Origin: Neocallimastix sp. 'constans'
Taxonomy: Eukaryota
Direction: 5' to 3'
DNA length: 64,000 nt
Assembly: GCA_050613775.1 (NCBI GenBank)
Contig: JBODTK010000012.1
Coordinates: forward strand, 806,001-870,000
Shown here: in pieces, positions 1 to 13,940 of the stretch
Layout of the letters: each line of letters opens with the position of its first letter
How positions within the stretch are numbered: the first letter of the stretch is position 1
Program-made: the position numbers and the translations under genes
The notes under the pieces: model-generated
The model's input: only the letters and a program-made list of their open reading frames with translations
What the model was told of the DNA's origin: nothing
Database searches by the model: none

Positions 1-1
1 G

Positions 2-46
2 GAATCTACTCTACACTTAGTTTTACGTCTTCGTGGTGGAAATTAA
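2..46 (+). CDS. 3' end of an upstream polyubiquitin gene (partial, runs off the window start)
   Basis: gaa tct act cta cac tta gtt tta cgt ctt cgt ggt gga aat taa = [14 protein letters not shown]. Same peptide end as 5554-6699 but with different synonymous codons (cta cac vs ctt cat). Confidence 0.93.
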   Translation, partial: ESTLHLVLRLRGGN

Positions 47-248
47 AAAATAAATGTATAAAATATAAAGAATTTTTTAAACAATTGAAAATCAAAATCA
101 AAAATTTTTTTTATATGTAATTTTATATGTAATTAATTAATTTTCTATTAATTTTATTAATTTTTATTTAAATAATTCATAAATGTCAAAAAAGAAAAAA
201 AAAAAAAAAAAAAAAGAAAAGAAGCATGTACAATAAAAAAAAGAAAAA

Positions 249-296
<48 letters not shown>

Positions 297-355
297 ATAA
301 TATATTTAAATTTTTTTTTTTTATTCTAGTTTTTGATAAATTATTACTTATAAGT

Positions 356-418
<63 letters not shown>

Positions 419-673
419 TTAGAAGTGATAATATTAAATGTGATGATGATTACTTTGATTAATATCAATATTTTAATATATGAATTAATTATATATAATG
501 AATTATTATAATTATTGGAAATTATAAAATTTATATATTTTTTGAAGTTTTTTAATAATTACAGATATTTTGTTTTTTTTTGTTATATTGTTTTAGTTAA
601 ATTTATTTTAATGAAGTATTTAATGAATATTTTGAATTAGATTTTATAAATTGATTATTTCATAATTTCAAAT
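47..673 (+). repeat. 3' flank of polyubiquitin copy 1, paralogous to 6700-7357
   Basis: Collinear shared blocks: aaacaattgaaaatcaaaatcaaaaattttt, ttattctagtttttgataaattatta, taatattaaatgtgat, ttattttaatgaagtatttaatgaatat, aaattgattatttcataatttcaaat. Confidence 0.9.
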
Positions 674-797
674 TTATTAATATGTGATTTAATATGTAGG
701 CAAAATTGATAATTTCTATTTAAATGAAAAATACACTAGTAGTTGATATAATAATAATACGAAAAAAAAACCTTTTTTCCATTAAACAATTTTCCAG

Positions 798-2696
798 TCG
801 AAATGATAAGGCATGGATTTTCACCTCCCGGTGGCCCATTATCTCCAATCATATTCAATTTATTCATTAATGATATACTAAATGACTGTGAAAAGTATGG
901 TGTTAATATTGGAAGAAAAAAATATTGTGGTGGACTCTTTGCTGATGATATTGTTCTCATTGCTCCGTGCAAAAAAATCAAGAAAAATTATTAAAAAAGG
1001 TACATAAATGGGCTAATTTAAATGAAATGACTTTTGGTATTGAAAAATGTGCAACTATGTTTATGAAATCAATGAACTTCTAATCTCCTCCAAATTATAG
1101 TGACCCGACCTTCTATTTAGGAATGAATGCTATTCCAAAAGTTTCTAGTTATGTTTATCAAGGTATTCCTTTCTCAGATGATCTCTTATTTAAACACATT
1201 ATATTTCACATCCATTTTAAAGTTAGAAAATTCCTTCTTTCATTTACACGTTTCTTTTCAAATAAGCTTATTCCTATTGTATACAAGAAAAAAGTTTTTC
1301 AATCCTTTGTTATTAGTAAAGTTATTTATTATTCTCCTCTACTTGGTTCAAACAAATCTAGAACGGCTAGAATTCAAACATTAATTAATACTGGTCCATT
1401 TTGGTGTATCGGTTCCTTCTCTAAAAATGGTAATACAAATTCAAAAAACAACGACTATATTAGACATAATTCTACTATGAGTACTTATGCTTTATCTCGA
1501 GATCTAAGCATCCCTCCTATTGCTGGTATCTGCGAAAGTCTTACAAATTAAATCTTTTGCAAAATGGAGTAAATCAAACTGTATTATAAAGATCTTATTA
1601 AATCTTATCCCAAAATGCCTTATTATTCCTGGACTAAAGAATCTAGAACTTTGTATAAAAAAATCAAAAAATATAAATATGTAAAATATGATGATATTTT
1701 ATAACGTTACTGGAAATCAGTTTCCAAATTTCAAGGTATTAAAGGTCAAAATTACGATAGTAACAAGTTCTCAAATAATAAAGCTATAATTATGTTTATC
1801 TTAAAATATCCCCAATTCAACTTAGGGTTTTCATGGATTATACGTTTACGCTGTGATTATAAATACAATACTACTGTTGCTATTAGAATGGGTAGAGTTT
1901 CAGAAGATTGTCCCAAGACTTGCCCCTGTTGTGGCGAAAATAATCAATCTTTTGAACATTGGATTTTTAAATGCAATGCTCTTGCATCTTTTAGATGGAA
2001 TTCTTTAAATTTCATCGATGATCTCTATGTTTTATTCGCTAGGAAGATTAGAGTGTTAAATCATTTTTCTTCCTATGACTCTATTTCGGATTTTAATGAT
2101 TATATCAATCATTATAAATACTTGATCATTCTTGGCGGAACTTTAGCTTTAAATGAGCTATATTTCGATAGTGGAGAACAGAGACAATTAAATGAACTAC
2201 TTTTCAAAGGTTCATCTGAGTCAGCTGTTCCAAAAATTGTGGGGCTTGACGGAATTCTTAACTAGCGCAATACCTATCATAAGTAGTTCATTTGAGCTAT
2301 TATTTGATAGGTATTCCAAATTACCAAACTTAACCAAGAGCGTCGACGTCGTATTGATAAGGCATAATGATAATACAGGATCATCATCTATTTCTACGAA
2401 GGGTGAATCTCGCCCTAGTAGTTCAATAAATGATGAATCCGGGGAGAGTTTAGTGGACACCACACTATCTATTTTAAAGATGTTACTTCTAGGTTTTATT
2501 ACTTTTTTATTTGTTAGGAAGGGAAAATTCACGCATAGCACAACTTTCCGAAATACATAGTATTTTTGAGCTTTTTTATTTTTTATTTTTTATTTTTTAA
2601 CTTTTATTTCTATTTTTAATTTCAAATGTACTTTTCACCAACATATATTTTTTATAATAAAATTAATAAAGTTATGGAAGGGTATTCTCTTCCCTG

Positions 2697-2729
<33 letters not shown>

Positions 2730-2990
2730 CACCTCCCAGGTGAAAGATCTGATACAGATTTGGTTGATAACATTAGTACTGAAATAATTACTCGCAATAA
2801 TGGACGTGGGGTTATCATTGATGAATGGGAATAATTAGAAACTATTGTTTCTAATGCCCTTATATATATATAATTATAAAATATTTCATTTCATGTATTT
2901 TTATTTTTTCATTTAAATCATGTAATTTTATTATTATTATAAATTAAATAAAGTTATTCTCTAAGTCTAAAAAAAAAAAAAAAAAAAAAA
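798..2990 (+). mobile_element. Outer, heavily 5'-truncated non-LTR retrotransposon (about 285 bp of own sequence: 798-829 plus 2738-2990), interrupted by the inner LINE
   Basis: Direct repeat AATTTTCCAG at 788-797 and 2991-3000; ends ...ttctctaagtct(A)n. Its start gtcgaaatgataaggcatg resembles gtcgtattgataaggcata (2348-2366) in the inner LINE C-terminus. Confidence 0.8.
830..2727 (+). mobile_element. 5'-truncated, degenerate LINE-like retrotransposon (RT, C-terminal Cys/His knuckle, poly(A))
   Basis: RT motifs PLSPIIFNLFINDIL and LFADDIVL; CPCC...EHWIFKC knuckle; several stops and frameshifts; poly(A) 2700-2727; TSD TTCACCTCCC at 820-829 and 2728-2737. Confidence 0.93.
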
Positions 2991-3124
2991 AATTTTCCAG
3001 CTCCATGGAGGGTTGATGGAAAAGGAATAACCTATATCAGGTGTTCTAATTACAGTTTTCGGTAATTCTGGTGATAATCGGTGGTTATTCATTCTAAAGT
3101 GGCTTCTAGTACAAAGAGAGAAAA

Positions 3125-4791
3125 TTTGCCAGTATGTGGGTGTACCTTTTTCAAATGATCTAGAATTGAAACTGATTATATAGAGTATGAATAATAAAGT
3201 TAGAAAAGCGCTTTATTCCATATAAGAATTTCTTAAGAATCCTCATATTCCTATTCCTTATAAACATATGTTATTTTTAGCTATAGTAATTGGGCAAATT
3301 TCGTATTACGCACCTATACTTGAATTAAACAAAGAAAGAACGAGAAGTACACAGACACTAGTTAATTCAGGATTACACTGGATTGAAGGATTTTCTAATG
3401 GAAATAGCTTTACTGTGTTTCTAAAGAACTTAACATTCATCTTCTTTCGGTGAAATGTGCGATTGCTCTGGTAAGGTGTTTTAAAAAATGGAAAAAATCG
3501 AAATGTATTATCTCTGATTTACTTAGAGATATATCGCGTTGTAGACGTTATGCATAGGATAAAGAAAGTTAAAAATTTTAGCTTATAAATTAGATAAATT
3601 TCCATAAAAAAAAGTAATAGTAAGCTTTTACTGGGATATAGATATGACAGGAAAATCAATTTAAGCTAAGGTTTATAAGAAAAATAATATTTGAGAAAAT
3701 TAGAGACTAAAGCTCAACTTCAAGTATCCTGAATTTAGCATTGGCTTCCGATGGGTACTTCGTGCCAGATATGGATATAAATTAGATGCTCGTGTTGTCA
3801 AAGCTATCAAAATGATTGAAGAAGACTGTCCAGAAAGGTGTTCTTGTTGTTATAGAAAAAACAGTTATCCTCGATTGGAACATTGGTTTTCTAAATGCTA
3901 TCTTTTCCGTGAATTTCGAATGAAATATTTCAAAGATATTGAAATTCTATACGAAATTTTTTACATTATTTCTAAATATTGTCCAATATCAAATAATAAT
4001 GCAAACTCTATTATAACAGATATGAATAATATAGAATAAGTTCTGATTATGATAGTAGTAACGAGGTATATAATATTATTAATATTAACAATAAGAAACA
4101 ATATTATTAATAATAGTAGTATTAGTGATAGTGAAAATAGAAATATTAATATTAGTGAAAGTGAAAAATAGTATCGTTACTACTAATGTAGGGAATAGTT
4201 CATTTGGTGAAAATCGAATTAATCTAAGTAAATTTCTGAATAATGATTGTGTAAATATATATGTGACGTGGTACCGATTATATATCTTCCTTCTTGGTGG
4301 AAGAGTTACAGACATTATTAATTTAAATTATAAAAAGGAATGGGATATTTTGTTTAAGAACCAAATTATTTCTGGTGATTATTCAAAAACCCTCTTCTTG
4401 GTGTTACCTGTGGCTCTCTTTACAGAAATTATGCCTCGGGCTAGTATTCGACAAGGGTTACTATTTAGGAAGTATAAGAGCAAATTAACCAGGTACGTCA
4501 ACGCTGAAAATGTAGTAAGACTGGCTAGCATGCCAATGCCTCTGTAGGAGAAGATCATAATTTCTTTCAGATAGTCATTTCATACCCTAATCCATAAGGA
4601 TATGAGGTTCGTTGCATACGAACTTTTTTTTCAAAATTTATTTATACACTTTATTTCTGAATATTACGTTTTATTTCACGTTACTATTATAAATATTGGA
4701 CAAATAGTATTTATTTGCTTTATTAATTCTGTGTTTTTTTTTAATATAATAAAAATTCATGCAATTGATAAATAAATAGATAAATAAATAA

Positions 4792-4830
<39 letters not shown>
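3125..4830 (+). mobile_element. Second degenerate LINE remnant of a related family (post-RT region, Cys/His knuckle, 3' end)
   Basis: YVGVPFSNDL vs YQGIPFSDDL; YYAPILELNKERTRSTQTLVNSGL vs YYSPLLGSNKSRTARIQTLINTG; EDCPERCSCC...LEHWFSKC; LTRYVNA vs LTKSVDV; ends in (TAAA)n. Boundaries approximate. Confidence 0.85.
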
Positions 4831-5550
4831 ATATATATATATACATATATATATATAAATAAAGTAAAATAATTGTATTAATCTCTCCTAATTTATTTTC
4901 TGCAAGTATCTAGAAGGATCTTCTTCTTTCTGGTTGTTTTTTATTTGTAGATAAGTAAAAATTATTTTATGTATTACTAAAACTAAATTAAATTTTAATA
5001 TCGTACTATTAATTTAATTTTATCATTGATATATTACAAAATATAATAAAATTATATTGTATAAATAATTTAATAATATATTATAATTATATTTTATTTA
5101 ATTAAAAATTTTGAATTTTTAGAATAATTATTTAATTAAAAAGAATTATTCTTAAAATCCTAAGTTTTTAATTAAATTTATTTAAATATTATATATTTAT
5201 TCATTAATTTTTTTGAAATTTGGTCTTTGCCATGTTTTATGTCTTTTTTAATAAATTAAAGAATTAATAGAAAATAAAATTAAATAAACATAAAAATAAC
5301 AAATAAAGAAAAATCGGAAGTAATAAATTTTCATATAAAAAGGCTTAAAGTTTTTCTTTAAAAATTTTTTGTTTTTCATTTTTCTTTATTTATTATTTAA
5401 TATCAACAAAATAGTTTTTTAAAAATATTTATATCGTCGTCGTCATAACAACAGATTATTAAAAGTTATTATCATAATTATTATTTTAAATTATTTATTA
5501 TTCGGATTACATTATATATATATATTTTTTACCTTTAAATAAAATATTAA

Positions 5551-7357
<1,807 letters not shown>

Positions 7358-7361
7358 AAAT

Positions 7362-7760
7362 ATTATCTGTCTTCCAGAAGTCGGTAATTTGGTTCATTCC
7401 TGAATCCTATTCATTTCTCAATCATTATAGAATAGAGTACTGAGACGTTCAGACATGAAAATCATTGATATGGGTGGTCTTTATATTGATATCCATAATT
7501 TCTGCCAATTCACTAATGGTAACTTTGAATACAGATATATACTTTCAGTAAAAATGGTTTCCTTTTGAGGTGTTCGGTGTTCATTAGGAAACATTTACAT
7601 CCCCCAGTAAAAAAATATATATATATATATATATATAAAGACTCTCGAGATAAAACGAAAACCAGTTTTTCTAAATTGGCTCAAGAATCACCAGAATAAT
7701 CCTTTCTGTTATTGTCGGTGATTTCAACATGACTAAACAGCAACTTAAAGATCTTATTCT
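7362..7760 (+). mobile_element. Decayed APE-type endonuclease fragment of a LINE (not in ORF track)
   Basis: att atc tgt ctt cca gaa resembles IICLQE; gga aac att tac atc ccc = GNIYIP; tct gtt att gtc ggt gat ttc aac atg = SVIVGDFNM. The motifs are in APE order but broken by frameshifts. Confidence 0.75.
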
Positions 7761-8744
7761 TTGGATTTATTAAAATTTTTTTTTTTGTTTTGTTTTTCAT
7801 TAATTTAGTGTTGTGGTGTTGTTAAAAAAATATATATAAATAAATAAATTAATATATAAAGTATAATAAATAATAAATATTTTAATTTTTTTTTTTTTTG
7901 CATATGTTTTTTTATTTGTCAACAATTTTGAACTTTTAATTTATTTATTTAATAAATATATATATATAAAAAAAATTAAATATTTATTATTTATTAGACT
8001 TTATATATTAACATATATAATTATTAGTTATTGTTAATTATTTATTAATTTTATTATTTATTAATTTAATTATTTAAATATTTATATTGTTAATTTTATT
8101 TATATTGCTTATTATTTATTATTTATTATTTATTAATTATTAATTTAAAAAATAAAATTAATATATTAATACTAGATTTTTGGAAAAAAAGAATTTCATA
8201 TTTAATTAAATTAATACCAATCATTTTTTATTTTTTTAATATTTATTCGGTGTTTTGTTGATATTAAAAAAAATTAGAATAAACGGTTTAAAATAATTTT
8301 TTATTTTATTCAATTAAAATAAGGATATGAAATAGTAATAAATAAAATCCGGTGTTAATATTTAAAATAATCAAGTTAAGAAGCATTTTTAAAATAATTT
8401 TTTTTTTTTTTTTTTTTGTTCAATTAATATATGAATATTTAATTAATAAATTACATTAGTTAGAAGTAATAAAATTACATGATAATATTTAAAATAATTG
8501 AATAAAAAAGAAACAATTGCAAAATAATTTTTTATTCAATTAATATTATATCCATATATAATTTATATTGTTTTTTGAAGTAATAACATAAAAAGGAAAG
8601 AAAAAAAAAAAAATTCTTTTTTAATATAAATGTATATTGTTTAATCCTTTTGTTAATTTATTTATAAATTTACAAGTATATATGTACATATATCATAGAA
8701 AATATTAAAGTATTATAAAATTCTATATATAAATACAATTAAAA

Positions 8745-9764
8745 ATGAGTGGTACAGAGTTAGGAAAATCCATGAATAATATTTTAATTTTTGAAAATTC
8801 ACAATGTACTTCTGAAGTAACAGATTATACAATAAATAAAGTTAATAATAAGAATAAAAATGATATTGATACAACCGAATTTGTTGTAGTTGGAAAAAAT
8901 AATGAAAATTATAAAGGTCAATGTTCAAATACAAATATAACTTTAACCACAAAGCAAAATGAATTATTATTTTATCTCAAGGATAATTCGTCAAATAATA
9001 TAGTTAAAAAAGAAATTTATAATGAAAAAAGTCAGAAAAATATTTTTTCAGTAATAAAATCAAAAGGAATTGGAAATTATAAAGTTGAGTTTATCAACTT
9101 GGCAAATGAAAAATCTGAATATTTTAAAATGGTTAGTGATCATAAGTTTAAAGAATGTCATATATATTATGGAGAGGAACAATGTAAGGCACCAATAATA
9201 TGTAATATAAAGAGAAAAGGAGATAGTTGTGAAATAATGATTTCTCCTAAAATTGACAAAGTATTTATAATAGGACTTGCTTCATTTTTCTTTTATGAGA
9301 AGATGTATAACAATGAAAATGAAAAAAAAAATGGTTATGATAGCATAGCACGTATGTCTATGCCATATTTACCTAAAATGGTTAATAAGGATGAATATCA
9401 AGATAAATTTCAAAACTCTAATTATCGTGATATAACAGAAAAATTCCCCAAAAAAGTTAAAGAAGTTAAGCGAAAAACTTTATGCCTTGGAATATCTACT
9501 ACACTTTGTTGTTGTTGTATTGCTTGTAAAGAATGTGAATGTTGTAATTGTGATGGTAATGATAATGATGATGATGATAATAATAATAAAAAAAATGATA
9601 ATAAAAATTCAGACATGAAACAAGAATTGGTTGAAGAAGGATTAGAATTTGCTAGTGATTTTTGTGAATGCTGTGATGGTTGCGAAGGCGCAGATTGTGC
9701 ATGTGCAGATTGTGCATGTGCAGATTGTGCATGTGCAGACTGTGGTGGTTGTGTGATCATGTAA
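8745..9764 (+). CDS. LURP-one-related/tubby-C-like protein with Cys-rich C-terminal tail and CaaX box (CVIM)
   Basis: 339-aa intact ORF. Beta-rich N-domain ends in CEIMISPKIDKVFIIGLASFF, like the LOR/scramblase terminal strand-helix. Tail has CCCC, CECCNC, (ADCAC)x3 and ends CVIM*. Domain call is by eye. Confidence 0.75.
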   Translation: MSGTELGKSMNNILIFENSQCTSEVTDYTINKVNNKNKNDIDTTEFVVVGKNNENYKGQCSNTNITLTTKQNELLFYLKDNSSNNIVKKEIYNEKSQKNIFSVIKSKGIGNYKVEFINLANEKSEYFKMVSDHKFKECHIYYGEEQCKAPIICNIKRKGDSCEIMISPKIDKVFIIGLASFFFYEKMYNNENEKKNGYDSIARMSMPYLPKMVNKDEYQDKFQNSNYRDITEKFPKKVKEVKRKTLCLGISTTLCCCCIACKECECCNCDGNDNDDDDNNNKKNDNKNSDMKQELVEEGLEFASDFCECCDGCEGADCACADCACADCACADCGGCVIM

Positions 9765-10260
9765 ATATATAAATATATAAAACATATATAATAATAATAA
9801 TTATATATATATATATATTTTAGCGACTATCTCTCTCTTTTTTTATTTATTTATTTATTTATTTAAATAATAATAGTAATAACAGTAAAAACAACAGTAA
9901 TAATAAAAATGAAACAAATAAATATATAAAACAAAAAAAAAAAATTAAAAAAAAAAATATATATATATATATAAATTTATATATATAGATAAGATAAATT
10001 TAAGTGTATTCAAACAACATAATATATTTTATTTATTTTATAGAAAAAAGGTTTATTGATAAATTATTTTTTTTTTTTTTTTTAAAAAAAAAATTAATAT
10101 AGTTTTTTATATAGTAATAGCAACAAAAACAACAATAATATTATTAAAAATGAAACAAACAAACATACAAAACTAAATAAATCCAAAAAAAAAGAAAATT
10201 TTAAATATATAGATAGATAAACTTTAGAGTGTATTTAAATAATAGAATAAGTTCTATTTA

Positions 10261-10293
<33 letters not shown>

Positions 10294-12358
10294 AATAAAA
10301 AATAAAAAATAAAAAATAAAAATAAAAACAAATAAAAATAAACAAATAAAAGAAAAAAAAAAAAAATATATATATATATATTATATAAATGAAAATAATT
10401 ATATTTTATTTATGTAACTATTAAATAATGAATAATATATAATGTGTTTTATTATTTATTTTATTTTATTTTTTATTTTATTTTTTTTTTTTAATTGGCC
10501 CTTTAATTAAAAATAATTATATATTATATTTTATATTAGTTATAAGTTTAAAATAAAGAAAAATAAAAAAATTTTTATAGGTATATATATTACTGTTAAA
10601 TATAAATATAAATATAAATATAAATAAAATAAAATAAAATTAAGAAAAAAAAAAAAATTAATTCAATTTTTCATATAATAAAGTTGTATGAAAAATGATT
10701 TTATAAATTCTGATAAATGTAAATATATAAATATAACATAAACTTTTGTTTATGATAAAATATATATATATATATATTTACTTATCACTAATATAAAAGA
10801 GCGACTCATATAAAAATAATGATTATTGAGATAAAAAAATGATTCATATTTAATCAGCATTCTTTAAAATGTTTAAATTTAAAAATATAATAATAATTTA
10901 ATTTATTTTTAATGGTTATTATTATTATTATTATAATTTTTTTTTTTTATGGTTATTATTATTATTATTATAATTTTTTTTTTTAAAGTAATTTAAATAA
11001 AATTTAAATGAATATATCATGAAAAAAGGAAAAGTTCAATAAAAATTTATAGTTAAAAAATAAAATTTTATTAAACTTTTCCTTTTTTCAAATATTAATA
11101 AAAAATTGAATTAGTAAACTTTTTATAAAACAAAATTTTTAATCAATAAATAAAAAAAAAAATATAAATTATTATTAATTTTTTTTAAAATGACTTATAT
11201 AATAAATTATTATTAATTTATTTAAAAATGACATATAATAAAGTTAACTATTTTTTGTATTAATAATTTTAAATAAATTTAACCTGAATTATAATATTAT
11301 TTTTAAAATAATATATATTTATACTAATATTTAAATAATGATTTATATTATAATAAAAAGTTTATTTATTCATTAACAATAATGAATAATAAAAATTAAA
11401 TGTATTGGTAAATGTACATATAATTTTTTTTTATTAATTTTTCAGGTAAAAACTTTATATTTTTATTTTTAAATAGAATAATAAATTCGAATGATCTAGT
11501 TTTTTAAGCTTCTCTTCCTTTCAATATTTTCTATCTTTAATAAATAATAATGATATATATTGATTAGTTCATTTATGGTACATTAATTAAGAAGATATGA
11601 AAATTTTATTAAACCAAAAAAAAAAAAAAAAAAAAAAAAAGAAATTCTTTATTTATTATTTAATTTATATATAGTTTTATAAATAATATATATTCAATTA
11701 CTTGAAAAACTAAAGTTATAAAGAATTCCTTAAAAGCGATAAATAATAAATTAAAAGGGATTTTAATAGTTAATATTGTCTATTATTTTTTAAAAATAAA
11801 AAAAAAAAAAAAAAAATAGACAATATTAATAAAATTATATTCAAATATATTAGTATTCTCTTAATTTATATATTATAATAAAAAAAATAATAATTATTAT
11901 ATTTTTTGTTAGAAAATTAGTATTTTTAGTTTATAAATTTAATAAACATTTTAAATAATATTTTTATTTTATTACAACTTATAATTTTAAATATTAAATA
12001 TTTTATTATAAATAAATAGTATATTTTATATTAATATATAATTTATATAGTTTATAATATACTTTATAAAAATAAAAAATTTTTTAAAACTATATTCCTA
12101 TAGATAATATAAAAACATGTATTTAATGTATTAAAATATTTATGGTCCATCAAATGTATTTTATATGTATATATAGTATTAAGTTATGTATTATTAAAAA
12201 AAATAAGCCTTATGCTTCAAATAAAAAAAGTTAATAAATAAATATTGAGATTTATATCATTTTTAATGATAAATATATTTAATGCATTGAAGATTAGTAT
12301 AAATTTAGATTCATATATAGGCAAACATCTTCACTTAATTTATATATATTTATAACTT

Positions 12359-12510
12359 AATAAAAATGATTAAATTACTATTTTTAATATTAACATTAAT
12401 TTGCTAAAATAAGGTTTTCATTTTTGATTCCAATAAAAATGATTAAATTACTATTTTTAATATTAACATTAATTTGCTAAAATAAGGTTATCATTTTTGA
12501 TTCCAATAAA
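12359..12510. repeat. 73-bp tandem duplication
   Basis: aataaaaatgattaaattactatttttaatattaacattaatttgctaaaataaggtt(t/a)tcatttttgattcc, two copies. Confidence 0.9.
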
Positions 12511-12951
12511 AAAGTCACCAAGTTTAACATTAAAATATAATTATTTTTATTTAAAAAATATATATATATATATTTATACTTAAATTAAAAAAAAAAAAAA
12601 TTAATAAATAAAAATAAAAAACATTAAAAAAAAAAAAAAAAAAAAAAAAAAATTATTTTCTCTTTTTTTATTTTTTAAATTTATTTAAATAAATTTCATT
12701 TAATTTATTTTTGATGAGATTTAATCAATAATTTATTATTTTGTGTATTTTTTTATTATTAATTTTTTTTAGGATGGTAATTACTATAATCGATTAATTA
12801 TTAATAGTATTAATTTATTATTAAAATTATTATTTTATTTTATTTCATTTTATTTTTTTTTTTTTTAAATTAGTAGGTATCATTTATTTATATTATTATA
12901 AATTAGTATAAATCTTTAAAAAAAGAAAGTATAATAAAAAAATAGCTATTA

Positions 12952-13750
12952 TTAAATATAATAATTAATATTTTTATTCTTGTTATCTGGATTAGTTATT
13001 ATATAGGATGTAATATATGTAATTTTTGGATTTGTAATTTGATTATTGTTAAAGTTAATTTTATTAATTTGATTATTATCAATATTTATTTGATTATTAA
13101 CATTATTAAATTGGTTGGTTATACTATTAGTTTGATATGAAAAAATATTAATATTGTTATTGGTAATATTTTTAATAAAGTTATTATTGATATTATTCAT
13201 CATTTTATTATTTTCATTATTATGTATACTATTATTTATATTATTATTTATATTTTTTGTATTATTTGTAGGCTGATATCTCATAGGATTTGAATATTTA
13301 ATTAAGGAATTCTCAACGTATTTCATTATATCATCTTCATAATGACAAATTTTATTATATTTTTCATTAGTAATAAGTTCTTTCCAAACTTTTGATATAT
13401 GATAGGTATTAATACAGTCAGGTCTATCCCCAAATTTACTGAGCATTGTTTTCCATAATAATTTCATTTGTTCTGGTGTTTTAGCATAATTATACATAGT
13501 TCTACATAAACGTTCATAACCTGTTATAAATGTTTAATTATATCATTGTATAAAATTTATATTTAATTATAAAGACGCATATTACAATATAAGTAAAATA
13601 TATTATATATATATATATTTTTTTTAAAAAAAAAAAAAATCAATATAATAATTATTAATCCTATCTATTCATACAAGGTTGAATCTCAAATTCTTCAAGT
13701 TGATCAATAACTTTAGCTGAAATTAAATAACGATATGCCTCTAATATATG

Positions 13751-13785
<35 letters not shown>

Positions 13786-13897
13786 AATATAAATTAAAAG
13801 AAAAAAAATAAAATTACAAAATTATTATTTTCAAATTAATAATTACGAGCTCTAGAGAGTATATATATATATATATAAAATTAATATAATAAATGTT

Positions 13898-13940
<43 letters not shown>

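Noticed and set aside
3095..3110. CTAG-T as a Helitron 3' end
   Set aside because: No GC-rich subterminal hairpin at the expected spacing and no matching 5' TC end identified.
4905..4930. Heat-shock element upstream of polyubiquitin
   Set aside because: Only one proper nGAAn unit; neighbouring units are mismatched.
9422..9760. Antisense ORF with SAHAQ repeats
   Set aside because: Shadow of the Cys/Asp-rich sense CDS; the same applies to 2221-2541, 43450-44493, 61047-61313 and 62479-62959.
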